Positions 9,826-19,352 of a DNA stretch of 62,344 bases are shown here, piece after piece. Both the position numbers and the translations under genes were made by a program. Below the pieces are notes generated by a model. It was given only the letters and a program-made list of their open reading frames with translations. It made no database searches and was not told the origin of the DNA. Source of the DNA: Candidatus Bathyarchaeota archaeon (GTDB taxonomy: Archaea > Thermoproteota > Bathyarchaeia > Bathyarchaeales > DTEX01); contig JAGTQF010000005.1 of the NCBI GenBank assembly GCA_018396655.1, positions 1 to 62,344 on the forward strand. The letters run 5' to 3'. Position 1 is the first letter of the stretch. Each line of letters begins with the position of its first letter.

Positions 9826-11385
9826 TTATCGATGTTTATGTCTCTTAAGCAATAGCCATATTAATGCAATGGCTGATGCAGTTAGAACTGGCAGTAATAA
9901 TATTATTAGGTCTAAGTTGTCTTCCACCCATATATATAGCGCTTCAAGCAGTGTTAAAGTGAACCTCGCTCTGGCTGTTTTTACCTCAGCTTTCTCCGGG
10001 CTGAGTGATAGATCTTCAACGCAATGCAGAACGTAATTGAGGCAATCTAGATTTAAATGTGCTTCCTTAACTTCCAAATCCACCGTTTTAAAGTTTAGTA
10101 TGGTTGTCCACATTCTTTCAGCAACATTTGTGCTCATCCCAACACAGCTACTTAAGGAATGTATATGCTCGGCTTCGCCAATTCTATCCGATCTTAAAAT
10201 GGTCTTTAACTTTTCTGCTCTCTTAACATTTCCGTTTAAATCCACCTCAACCATCAACGTGCGCCTCAGATTCTCATTTTCATAGGAATAGCCAACTAAT
10301 AGCAGACTGCTGTCATCTAGTGTAAGGACGCTGAGCGCGTTGTCGCTTCCTTGGGTTCCGATGGCCCTCGCCCAGTAGACTTCCCCCTCCAGCGTGAGAC
10401 ATGCCAATAGTATATCATTTCCTCCAGCTCCTAAACTCGACGTGTAGCCTGCGGCAAAGATTCTATCATTAACAACTTCTACCCCCAAGAATGCTTCTGC
10501 CTCTTTTCCACCAACAGCCCTAACCCACTTTAGCTCTCCGTCCTTAGATAATTTGATTAGTAAGCCGTCGCTCAATCCATACCCTGAACTCCACGTGGAG
10601 CCCACGAGGATAATGCTATCTTCACTTAACTTCTTAGCGCGGTAAATCTCGTCATACCTTGGTCCGCCGATAATTTTAGCCCATTTAATCTTTCCATCAT
10701 AAGTAACTTTTATAATAAGTATGTCCGTTAGGGCTGCTCCAAAGCTCCACGTATAGCCGAAAATCATATATCCATCATCTAGCTCGATCACATCTTTAAT
10801 GATATCGTTATAGTATGGTTCGCCTATCGCTATCGCCCAATTTATTTCACCACTAGGCTTAACTTGCATAATAAATCCATCGTATCCGGCTGTACTAAAG
10901 CTGGATGTATGGCCGACTATGAGCAGGTTGCCGGCGGAATCTTGAATGATTTTTGATGCCATATCTAATCTTGCTCCACCTATGCGTTTTGCGCTCTTTA
11001 AATCTCCGCTGGCGTCCACAATAACTAACAAGATTTCATAGTCTCTGTCTTGGCTGAGTGAGTAGCCAACTATAGCTATATCACCGCCGCTGAGAGGATG
11101 CAGGGAGTGGGCGTAAATTGGTTGATCTGAGAAGAGTATCTTTGACTTAATTATGCCCATAGTTCTATTAAACAACGCTATTCCAATTTCCCTTGTAGAA
11201 TACCTTTGTCCCCCAAAAGATAACTCTAAGTTTCCTAACGCTAAGAATCCATCGTTTATTTTCTTGAAGTCGGCTATAATGAAATTTGCATCAGTTAGTT
11301 CAGTTGCAACAATCCCTTTTAAAAGACATATCGGTGAAATGACCAATATCAGCATGAATATTAGAAGGCAATCCCTGAAGCCCAT
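9826..11385 (-). CDS. secreted, C-terminally membrane-anchored beta-propeller-repeat (SBBP-like) protein
   Basis: 519 aa. N-terminal signal-like helix. At least 6 tandem ~50-aa units of the type GYT-S-G...D-(L/I)-(I/L)-K-...-G---W. C-terminal TM LLLPVLTASAIALIWLLL followed by KRHKHR. Confidence 0.6.
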   Translation of the reverse strand: MGFRDCLLIFMLILVISPICLLKGIVATELTDANFIIADFKKINDGFLALGNLELSFGGQRYSTREIGIALFNRTMGIIKSKILFSDQPIYAHSLHPLSGGDIAIVGYSLSQDRDYEILLVIVDASGDLKSAKRIGGARLDMASKIIQDSAGNLLIVGHTSSFSTAGYDGFIMQVKPSGEINWAIAIGEPYYNDIIKDVIELDDGYMIFGYTWSFGAALTDILIIKVTYDGKIKWAKIIGGPRYDEIYRAKKLSEDSIILVGSTWSSGYGLSDGLLIKLSKDGELKWVRAVGGKEAEAFLGVEVVNDRIFAAGYTSSLGAGGNDILLACLTLEGEVYWARAIGTQGSDNALSVLTLDDSSLLLVGYSYENENLRRTLMVEVDLNGNVKRAEKLKTILRSDRIGEAEHIHSLSSCVGMSTNVAERMWTTILNFKTVDLEVKEAHLNLDCLNYVLHCVEDLSLSPEKAEVKTARARFTLTLLEALYIWVEDNLDLIILLLPVLTASAIALIWLLLKRHKHR

Positions 11386-11457
11386 TCAAGATCTAGATTT
11401 TGATTAAAGCAACAATGATAAATATTTTTTGGATTAGGGATGAGTTAACCTAAAAAA

Positions 11458-11466
11458 TTTTATATA
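11458..11466 (+). promoter_or_regulatory. putative TATA box (TTTTATATA) for the ABC transporter operon
   Basis: A-rich BRE-like tract then TTTTATATA about 40 nt upstream of ATG 11502. GGTGGG Shine-Dalgarno-like at 11493-11498. Confidence 0.3.
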
Positions 11467-11501
11467 GTGGTGTTAAAATTCCAATATTGTAAGGTGGGAA
11501 A

Positions 11502-14096
11502 ATGAGGAAAGAATTGTTGTCTCTATTTATTTCGTTAGTGATAATTTTGGGTGCGCTGATGCCCGAAATGATTGTAGTGGCTCAACAGGAAGTTCCCTAC
11601 GGCCCCTGGGTTGATGAAATAATCTTCTTTGAGGAGAGCGATTATGGTAAGGTTGTTGAGATGTTAGAGAAAGGCGAAATGGATATATTCCTATTTACTA
11701 TAACTGACCCAGTCCTCTTCGATAGGGTGAAGAAGTCTCCGAATCTACAGTATAAGGTGGCATACGGATACTATAATGAATTAACCCTCAATCCAGCAGA
11801 GTTCAAAGTAGGCTTTAACCCATTCGTTAACCCGAGAATTAGGGAAGCCATGAACTACATAATAGACAGAGAACATATAGTTAATGAGATATATAAGGGG
11901 CTTGCTAAACCCAAGTGGCTGCCATTCATCTCTGGCTTTCCAGAATACGGTAGAATAGCTGACGTCATAAAGCTTCTCGAAGCTAAATATGCATATAATT
12001 TTGAGAAGGGCAAGGAGATCGTTTATGAAGAGATGGCAAAGATGGGCTGTGAAATGAAGGATGGCAAATGGCATTATAAAGACGAGCCGGTGGTAATAAA
12101 GATAATAATTAGGGTGGAAGACGAGCGCCGATTAATAGGCCACTACTTTGCCGACCAGCTGGAGAAGCTAGGCTTTAAGGTTGATAGGCTTGAAAGAACT
12201 AGGCGTGAGGCTGCCCCAATAATATATGCAGGTGATCCAACCGAGGGCTTATGGCATGTATACACAGGCGGCTGGGTTTCCACAGCAGTTTCAAGAGATG
12301 ATAGCGACGCTTATGGCTACTTCTATACGCCGCTGGGTTATGGATCTTTCATGCAATATGCTAAGCCAGACCCACTGTTCTACGAGGTTGCCAGCAGGCT
12401 CTGGAGGGCTGATTATGAGACTTGGGAGGAGCGCCAGGAGCTAATGGCTAAAGGCGCAGAGATGGCCCTTAAAGACTCACTTAGAGTTTGGATAGTGGAT
12501 CAGATATCACCATTTGTATCGGTTAAAGGCCTTATGGGAGCCGCAGACCTTTCGGGAGGCTACACAACAGCCGTCTGGAGCAGAACTGTCGGATGGGAGG
12601 GTAAAGTTGGAGGAAGTGTTAGAGCTGGGAGCTTAGGTGTTCTTGTTGATCCATGGAATCCTGTTGCCGGCACAAACTGGCTATACGACGCAATAATATT
12701 ATGGACTGTCAACGATTACGCCTTCCTAATTCATCCGTATCTTGGCCTTCCAATGCCAAATAGGGTCGTAGAATATACGGTTGAAGTTAATGAAACCGGC
12801 ATTCCAGTTCCATCAGACGTATGGTTTGACTGGGATGTTAAAGAGAAGAAAGTGATATATGCGCCTCCAGGCACGTATGCTAAGGCTAAAGTTAGAGGTA
12901 ACTATGGCAGCATACTTGGCAAAGTTAAATATCATGATGGTACAGTTATGACCCTGGCGGACTGGGTTGCCCTCTGGGCCTTCACTTTCGAGAGGGCGAA
13001 TAACCCGGAAAGCCCACTCTACGATGAATCAGCTGTGCCAGGCTTTAGAGAGTGGAGACTTAATTACAGAGGCTTCAGAATAGTTAGCGAGGACCCATTC
13101 ATAATAGAGGTTTACACTAATTACACCCATCCAGAAAGGGAATTTATTGCCAATTGGGCGTTAGGATGGCCTAATACGCCATGGCATGTGACGGCCATAG
13201 GCATTTTAGCTGAAGAAAAAGGCTTACTGGCATTCTCTGACTATAAGGCTAAGAAGACTGGGAGAGAGTGGATGAATTATATAGGTGGGCCAAGCCTAAG
13301 CATACTGGCCAGCGTCCTCGATGAAGCAATAAGGACTAAGTATATACCTCTACCTGAGCTCGCCAGCAAATATATAAAGCCCGAGGAGGCGGTAGCGAGA
13401 TACAATGCCTTAAAGAAATGGTATGAGGAGAGAGGACACTTCTGGGTGGCCTCAGGACCATTCTGGCTATATAAGGCAGACTTTACAGCCCACCAGGCAG
13501 TGGTAAAAGCATTCAGAGAATATTCATTTAAGGCCGATAAATTCGCTTGGCTGGCTGAGCCGCCGATACCTGAAGTCACAATAGTGCCGCCGGAGATGGT
13601 TGTTCCAGGAGTAGAAGCAACCTTTGAGATAAAGGTGTCGTATGCTGGAAAACCCTACCCATCAGACAGAATAGAGAGCGTAAAATACCTGATGCTTGAC
13701 GCCCAAGGTAACCTGCTTGGCAAAGGCTCGGCTAGTCTCATTGAAGAGGGCTCATATAAGGTTGTTATTCCGAGCTTAGAGACCGGCAAGATGAGTCCTG
13801 GAACATACACGTTTATGGTTGTTGCCTCAAGCAAAGACGTTGCGGTTCCAGCCATTAAAGAGGCTGGATTCATTGTCATACCGCCGATCACATACTTCCA
13901 GACGCTCCTCCAAACTATGAGAAGCGAGCTTGAAGCCAAGATATCCGCTGTTCAGTCCAGCGTAACTCCACTTGAGAGGACGATAAATGAGTTGCAGAGC
14001 TCTCTGAATACTGTAACTTTGATATCTACTGTTGCAGTTATAATAGCGATTGTAAGCATAGCGTTAAACTTCATCCTCATGAGATTCAGGAAATAA
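11502..14096 (+). CDS. ABC transporter substrate-binding protein, family 5 (Opp/Dpp type), C-terminally TM-anchored
   Basis: 864 aa. Signal peptide, SBP_bac_5-like core, C-terminal coiled segment plus TM VAVIIAIVSIALNFILM. Confidence 0.8.
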   Translation: MRKELLSLFISLVIILGALMPEMIVVAQQEVPYGPWVDEIIFFEESDYGKVVEMLEKGEMDIFLFTITDPVLFDRVKKSPNLQYKVAYGYYNELTLNPAEFKVGFNPFVNPRIREAMNYIIDREHIVNEIYKGLAKPKWLPFISGFPEYGRIADVIKLLEAKYAYNFEKGKEIVYEEMAKMGCEMKDGKWHYKDEPVVIKIIIRVEDERRLIGHYFADQLEKLGFKVDRLERTRREAAPIIYAGDPTEGLWHVYTGGWVSTAVSRDDSDAYGYFYTPLGYGSFMQYAKPDPLFYEVASRLWRADYETWEERQELMAKGAEMALKDSLRVWIVDQISPFVSVKGLMGAADLSGGYTTAVWSRTVGWEGKVGGSVRAGSLGVLVDPWNPVAGTNWLYDAIILWTVNDYAFLIHPYLGLPMPNRVVEYTVEVNETGIPVPSDVWFDWDVKEKKVIYAPPGTYAKAKVRGNYGSILGKVKYHDGTVMTLADWVALWAFTFERANNPESPLYDESAVPGFREWRLNYRGFRIVSEDPFIIEVYTNYTHPEREFIANWALGWPNTPWHVTAIGILAEEKGLLAFSDYKAKKTGREWMNYIGGPSLSILASVLDEAIRTKYIPLPELASKYIKPEEAVARYNALKKWYEERGHFWVASGPFWLYKADFTAHQAVVKAFREYSFKADKFAWLAEPPIPEVTIVPPEMVVPGVEATFEIKVSYAGKPYPSDRIESVKYLMLDAQGNLLGKGSASLIEEGSYKVVIPSLETGKMSPGTYTFMVVASSKDVAVPAIKEAGFIVIPPITYFQTLLQTMRSELEAKISAVQSSVTPLERTINELQSSLNTVTLISTVAVIIAIVSIALNFILMRFRK

Positions 14097-14231
14097 AGCT
14101 GGAAAATATTAAATTCTCTCCCTATATTTTTTAAGATTCAAGGCTGAAAAAGAAACTATACTCTATCTATACATGGATCATCTGGAAATTAGTTTTCTCT
14201 GATAGGAGAAAAAGGAAAACTTTAAAAGATA

Positions 14232-15326
14232 GTGAAGAGAAGGATAAAAAAGTTGATAAAGATGAGCGTTAAGGGCCCCATACTCTTTATAGTTAAGAGG
14301 GCTATTGCGTTATATTTGATAGTAGTTCTCTCTGTCTACATAACGATCGTTATAGCTAACTTAGGAGGATATGTAGACAGAATAACGCAAGCTCAAATTC
14401 TAGAGGATATAACATTTACAATTAAAAGGGATCCTCAGTATAGAGGTCTCCCGCCAGAGGAGGTAGATCGAATAATAAGGGATACTTATGAATTGGAGCT
14501 TAAGAAACTGGGTTTAGATACGCCTTTCATAGTGAGGAGCTTCCGCTACTTAGTAAATGGATTAACATTAGATTTGGGTAGAGCGCTGTACTTAACCAGT
14601 GATACAGGCTCTAGGCAGGTTAAGCTAATAATACTTGAGAGGCTGCCGCAGACAGTGATGCTATTTACTACAGCTAGCGTCCTTAATTTCTTCATCCACC
14701 TCTTCTTAGGCTTATATTTATCGAGGCATTATGGAGGAAAGCTTGATAAATTATTTATCGCGTTATCCCCAACATCTATAGTTCCAGGATGGCTTTACGG
14801 TCTCTTTTTAATAATGATATTTGCTTCTATTTTAAGAGTGCTCCCATATGGCGGGTATGTGGATGTACCACCTCCAGATGATCCCGTAAGCTATGGCCTC
14901 AGCGTCTTAAAGCATATGATTCTACCATTATCTTCATGGATAATCTCCGGCTTCTTTATGGGAGTCTATGGCAGCAGAACATTCTACCTAATATTTTCGA
15001 CAGAAGACTATGTTACAGTAGCTAAAGCGAAGGGGCTTCCGCCAAGAATTATAGAGCGTCGATATATACTTAGACCAGCCCTCCCACCCGTCATAACTAG
15101 CTTCTCTCTCGGTCTTATAGGCTCATGGGGAGGAGCAATAATAACGGAGACGGTCTTTAATTGGCCTGGTCTAGGAAAAGTCATGCGTGATGCCATTAAC
15201 TCAATGGACACCCCAGTGATAGTAGGTGAAGTTATAATTTACGCCTATCTACTTGCGATCACTGTGCTGCTGTTAGATATCCTATACCTATTTATTGATC
15301 CGAGAATAAGGGCGAGGTTTAGGTGA
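14232..15326 (+). CDS. ABC transporter permease (OppB/DppB type)
   Basis: 364 aa, multi-TM. The motif region DYVTVAKAKGLPPRIIERRYILRPALPP is typical of the family. Confidence 0.85.
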   Translation: MKRRIKKLIKMSVKGPILFIVKRAIALYLIVVLSVYITIVIANLGGYVDRITQAQILEDITFTIKRDPQYRGLPPEEVDRIIRDTYELELKKLGLDTPFIVRSFRYLVNGLTLDLGRALYLTSDTGSRQVKLIILERLPQTVMLFTTASVLNFFIHLFLGLYLSRHYGGKLDKLFIALSPTSIVPGWLYGLFLIMIFASILRVLPYGGYVDVPPPDDPVSYGLSVLKHMILPLSSWIISGFFMGVYGSRTFYLIFSTEDYVTVAKAKGLPPRIIERRYILRPALPPVITSFSLGLIGSWGGAIITETVFNWPGLGKVMRDAINSMDTPVIVGEVIIYAYLLAITVLLLDILYLFIDPRIRARFR

Positions 15327-16771
15327 GCAACATGTCCGCTAGTGGCGAATTGAGCATTAAATCTATTGTTCGTGAGGTTCTCACATACAGGTCTGGCCAA
15401 GTAGGGGCTGCAATACTGCTCTTTCTAATAGGTCTATCAATATACGCTGTTATAGCCATACCCTATGATAGGGCTATAGCTTTATGGAGGGGGGAAGAAA
15501 GCTGCTGGATAGAAGTCCCCAGAAATGCCATGCCATACTGGTATAAATATATTATGAGAAAAAATCTCCCTGAAACCATTGTCGTCGACGGTTTAAGGGG
15601 TGATCCAGGAGTAATTAAGGCGGTTACTGAGATACCTGGAACCAACATAAAAAGGATACTGCTGGAGATATCCTTCACATATGACTATGACGATTTCCCA
15701 AGCGAGGTTAATCTATTTTTCTACGCCAATTATAGCGAAAGCCTCCCATTAATTAAAATTTACTGGATTAAGCCGGATGGCTCCAATATACCACTGATTT
15801 CCTATACTATTAGAAGACCCTACACAATCCTCTACTTAACGATAAATGATGATGTCCAAAAGAGTTTGCTGGAGTTCGTGAGGTCTAACGTAGGTGAGCC
15901 GAAAGAGTATATTGAGCCGCAGCTAATAATGTTTGCTGTAAACGATGAAACTATGCTCAGCGCTAAAACCGCTAAGATACTTAAGAGCACTGGCTCCCAG
16001 ATAAGAAAGTATACTCTTAGGATTGAAGGTATGCTCTTTGGGAAGGATAGTGACTTAAATGCTAAATTGGTTGTTTATGGTAAAGTCTACGGTTTCGCTG
16101 GAACAGACCATTTGAGGAGGGATGTTTCAATAGCGCTTTTATGGGGTACCCCAATAGCCCTAGCATTCGGTCTCACATCATCATTAGCAATATCGATAGT
16201 TCAATTGATAATAGCGGTGATAAGCGGATGGTATGGTGGAAAGGTTGACTTTATAATTCAGAGGCTAACAGAAATCTACATGATAATACCGTTTCTACCC
16301 TTCCTAATAATGATATCTTCGCTTTATAGGCTCACTATATGGGTGCTGGTGGCGGTGCTTCTCGTTCTAAGCATCTTTGGAGCCGGGGTGAAGAGTACAA
16401 GAGCTTTAGTTATGCAAGTTAAAGAGGAGCCGTACATAGAGGCTGCACTCGCATACGGTGCTTCATCCAGAAGAATAATCTTCCTCTATATAATACCTAA
16501 AATCCTCCCGCCAATGATACCCGGCCTCATAGGCTCAGTGCCAGGCTTCGTATTTTTAGAAGCATCTCTAGCATTTCTTGGACTGGGAGACCCATTCCTC
16601 CCAACATGGGGAAAGGTTATAAATGATGCGTTCTCCAATGGTGCGTTTTATAAGGGTTATTTGTGGTGGATAGGTCTTCCATCAATAATGCTAATTCTAA
16701 CGGCAATAAGCTTCGCATTAATCGGCTTCGCTCTAGATAAGATAGTTAATCCTAGATTGAGGGAATGGTAA
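15323..16771 (+). CDS. ABC transporter permease (OppC/DppC type)
   Basis: 482 aa. Long extracytoplasmic insert, EPYIEAALAYGASSRRIIFLYIIPKILPP motif, 4-nt overlap with the upstream gene. Confidence 0.85.
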   Translation: MSNMSASGELSIKSIVREVLTYRSGQVGAAILLFLIGLSIYAVIAIPYDRAIALWRGEESCWIEVPRNAMPYWYKYIMRKNLPETIVVDGLRGDPGVIKAVTEIPGTNIKRILLEISFTYDYDDFPSEVNLFFYANYSESLPLIKIYWIKPDGSNIPLISYTIRRPYTILYLTINDDVQKSLLEFVRSNVGEPKEYIEPQLIMFAVNDETMLSAKTAKILKSTGSQIRKYTLRIEGMLFGKDSDLNAKLVVYGKVYGFAGTDHLRRDVSIALLWGTPIALAFGLTSSLAISIVQLIIAVISGWYGGKVDFIIQRLTEIYMIIPFLPFLIMISSLYRLTIWVLVAVLLVLSIFGAGVKSTRALVMQVKEEPYIEAALAYGASSRRIIFLYIIPKILPPMIPGLIGSVPGFVFLEASLAFLGLGDPFLPTWGKVINDAFSNGAFYKGYLWWIGLPSIMLILTAISFALIGFALDKIVNPRLREW

Positions 16772-16772
16772 G

Positions 16773-17738
16773 TTGGCTGAGACCATTCTAGAAGTCAAGA
16801 ATTTATACATGTATTATAAGGTTAGGGACCATGCGGTGAAAGCTGTTGATAATATATCACTGGAGCTTAATAAAGGTGAAACATTGGCTATAGTTGGGGA
16901 GTCTGGCTGCGGGAAATCTTCTCTAGCGATATCGATCTTTAGGCTGCTGCCAAGAAATATATACCTGTTTAAGGGAGACATCTTCGTTGAGGGAGAAAAT
17001 ATAATGCGCCTCGACGAGGAGGAGTTTAGGAAACGCATTAGATGGCGCAAGATATCAATGGTTTTTCAGGGAGCCATGAACTCGCTAAACCCGGTGATAA
17101 AGTGCGGCTTCCAAATAGCTGAACCGCTGATAATTCATGATGGAGTGGATAAGGAAGAAGCCCTTAAAATCGCTAAGGAAACTTTAGCAATGGTTGGCGT
17201 TCACCCATCCTTCGCCGACCGCTATCCCTTTGAATTAAGTGGTGGAATGAGACAGAGGGTTGTCATAGCTATGGCGCTCATAAAAAAGCCGCCGATAGTA
17301 ATATTGGATGAGCCAACATCAGCTTTAGATGTAATAACTCAAGCAAATATAATGAACCTACTGAAGAGGCTGAAAGTAGAGCTAAAATTAAGCTATATCT
17401 TTATAACCCATGATATACCGCTAAGTAGCGAGCTAGCTGACAAGGTAGCTGTAATGTACGCTGGCGAAGTAGTGGAAAGGGCGCCAGCAGAAATATTCTA
17501 CGGATCACCAAGCCACCCATACTCAGCGAAATTGATGGCAAGCGTCCCAACCCTTAAAACTCTGAAGGAGATCGACTTTATACCTGGTGCTCCGCCTAAT
17601 TTGATTTCTCCTCCTCCCGGCTGTAGGTTCCATCCCAGATGCCCATATACAATGGACATATGCCGAATAGAAAGCCCACCAGAAATATACCTACAGAAAG
17701 ACCACATGGTAAGGTGCTGGCTCTACGCGAAAAAATAG
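16773..17738 (+). CDS. ABC transporter ATP-binding protein (OppD/DppD type)
   Basis: 321 aa. Walker A GESGCGKS, signature LSGGMRQR, Walker B ILDEPTSALD, C-terminal oligo_HPY Cys-rich tail. Confidence 0.9.
   Translation: MAETILEVKNLYMYYKVRDHAVKAVDNISLELNKGETLAIVGESGCGKSSLAISIFRLLPRNIYLFKGDIFVEGENIMRLDEEEFRKRIRWRKISMVFQGAMNSLNPVIKCGFQIAEPLIIHDGVDKEEALKIAKETLAMVGVHPSFADRYPFELSGGMRQRVVIAMALIKKPPIVILDEPTSALDVITQANIMNLLKRLKVELKLSYIFITHDIPLSSELADKVAVMYAGEVVERAPAEIFYGSPSHPYSAKLMASVPTLKTLKEIDFIPGAPPNLISPPPGCRFHPRCPYTMDICRIESPPEIYLQKDHMVRCWLYAKK
17592..17738. repeat. copy 1 of a perfect 147-bp direct repeat (3' end of the OppD-like gene)
   Basis: Base-for-base identical to 18578..18724 by manual alignment. 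Confidence 0.95.
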
Positions 17739-17749
17739 GGGTGATTAAT

Positions 17750-18724
17750 ATGCCACTGCTACAATTAGAGCAGTTGAGTAAATGGTTTGAGATTAAAAGG
17801 ACAATATTCAGCAAGCCGCTCTATTTGAGAGCCGTCGATGGTGTAAACCTGAGCCTGGAAGAGGGAGAGGCTATATCTATAGTTGGGGAGTCTGGCTGTG
17901 GGAAGACAACTCTAGGAAAGACCATTTTAAGGCTATATGAGCCTACTGGCGGGAAGATAATATTTGAGGGAAGAGATATAACTTTCGAGAGGGCTGAGGC
18001 CCTTCTATGGTATAAACGCAGAGCCCAGATAGTCCAGCAAGATCCATTTGGCAGCCTTCCGCCATTCTTCACAGTCTACCGTATACTTGAGGAACCTCTA
18101 CTAATTCACCAGATAGGCAATGCTAAACTGAGGAGGGAAATGATTTATAAGGCACTCGAGACTGTAAGATTAACTCCCGTAGAAGAGTTTGCGCCAAAAT
18201 ATCCGCATATGTTAAGTGGCGGGCAGAGGCAGAGGGTTGCTATCGCCAGAGCAATGATATTGAGACCAAAACTCATAGTGGCGGATGAGCCAGTATCTAT
18301 GCTTGACGCCTCCGTAAGGATAGAGATTCTAAAGCTAATGAGGGATCTTCAGAAAAGATTTAGTATGAGCTTCATTTATATAACCCATGACCTAGCCACC
18401 ACAAGATACTTCTCCGAAAGAATATCAATAATGTATGCCGGGCAAATAATTGAAATCGGACCAAGCAACAACATAATAAATGAACCGCTACACCCATATA
18501 CTCAAGCGCTGTTGAAGGCTATTCCGGACCCGGATGCCAACAATAGGAAGATTTTTAGAGAGGTTCCGCCTGGAGAGCCGCCTAATTTGATTTCTCCTCC
18601 TCCCGGCTGTAGGTTCCATCCCAGATGCCCATATACAATGGACATATGCCGAATAGAAAGCCCACCAGAAATATACCTACAGAAAGACCACATGGTAAGG
18701 TGCTGGCTCTACGCGAAAAAATAG
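17750..18724 (+). CDS. ABC transporter ATP-binding protein (OppF/DppF type)
   Basis: Start set at ATG 17750 (MPLLQLEQLSKWF). The ORF-track start 17639 lies inside the upstream gene. Walker A GESGCGKT, LSGGQRQR, ADEPVSMLD. Confidence 0.9.
   Translation: MPLLQLEQLSKWFEIKRTIFSKPLYLRAVDGVNLSLEEGEAISIVGESGCGKTTLGKTILRLYEPTGGKIIFEGRDITFERAEALLWYKRRAQIVQQDPFGSLPPFFTVYRILEEPLLIHQIGNAKLRREMIYKALETVRLTPVEEFAPKYPHMLSGGQRQRVAIARAMILRPKLIVADEPVSMLDASVRIEILKLMRDLQKRFSMSFIYITHDLATTRYFSERISIMYAGQIIEIGPSNNIINEPLHPYTQALLKAIPDPDANNRKIFREVPPGEPPNLISPPPGCRFHPRCPYTMDICRIESPPEIYLQKDHMVRCWLYAKK
18578..18724. repeat. copy 2 of the perfect 147-bp direct repeat (3' end of the OppF-like gene)
   Basis: Identical to 17592..17738, including the stop codon. 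Confidence 0.95.
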
Positions 18725-18875
18725 CATTAAACCGCTTCGGAAAACCGATTTTAGAGGTCTCATATTCATCATTGTTGGCTTAACCCTATTAGTAACATCA
18801 ATCCCGCTAATAGTTTACTTCTCATTCCTCTATTATAGAAGATATTATATAGCAGACACCCTCAACATTTTCCCC

Positions 18876-19352
18876 ATGGGGGAGATGGAAATAGCCTTTG
18901 AGCCTGGGACTCTAAGTCTCTCCTATAATGTTTCAGCTGTACCTAATGGTGCTTTCCAACTAAATTTAAGCATACTGGCTCTAGACCAGCTGGGCAGAGT
19001 CATCTATGAGAAAAGATACGAGTTATCTGATAGAAATCAGACGGCGGCCGGGTTAATAAATGAGGAGATAGCTAAGCTAGTTGTAAGGGCAAACATCGTT
19101 GAGGGCAATGGCGCTACATGTAAGGTTAATTTAGCCTACTTTAAACCTAATCTACTATACTTGGCAATAAACATAATTCTCTCTTTACTATCGATAGCCG
19201 GAGCAATCGCGACACTTTACGGTCTCCTACAACTCATCCTGCTAAAAATATCTCCTAAGCAGGAAGACACCACAACTTCTCAGCTTGAGGGAGGTGTCAG
19301 CTATGAAAACGGGCTGGTGCGTTTGGGTTACGGGTTTGCCTGGCAGCGGTAA
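18876..19352 (+). CDS. hypothetical protein with C-terminal TM helix (possibly decaying)
   Basis: 158 aa. TM LLYLAINIILSLLSIAGAIATLYGLL. 50-nt overlap with the next gene. An in-frame TM helix lies upstream without a start codon. Confidence 0.35.
   Translation: MGEMEIAFEPGTLSLSYNVSAVPNGAFQLNLSILALDQLGRVIYEKRYELSDRNQTAAGLINEEIAKLVVRANIVEGNGATCKVNLAYFKPNLLYLAINIILSLLSIAGAIATLYGLLQLILLKISPKQEDTTTSQLEGGVSYENGLVRLGYGFAWQR

Noticed and set aside
17639-17749. N-terminal extension of the OppF-like ORF (MPIYNGHMPNRKPT...)
   Set aside because: It lies inside the OppD-like coding region and the 147-bp repeat, in another frame. The ATPase homology begins at Met 17750.
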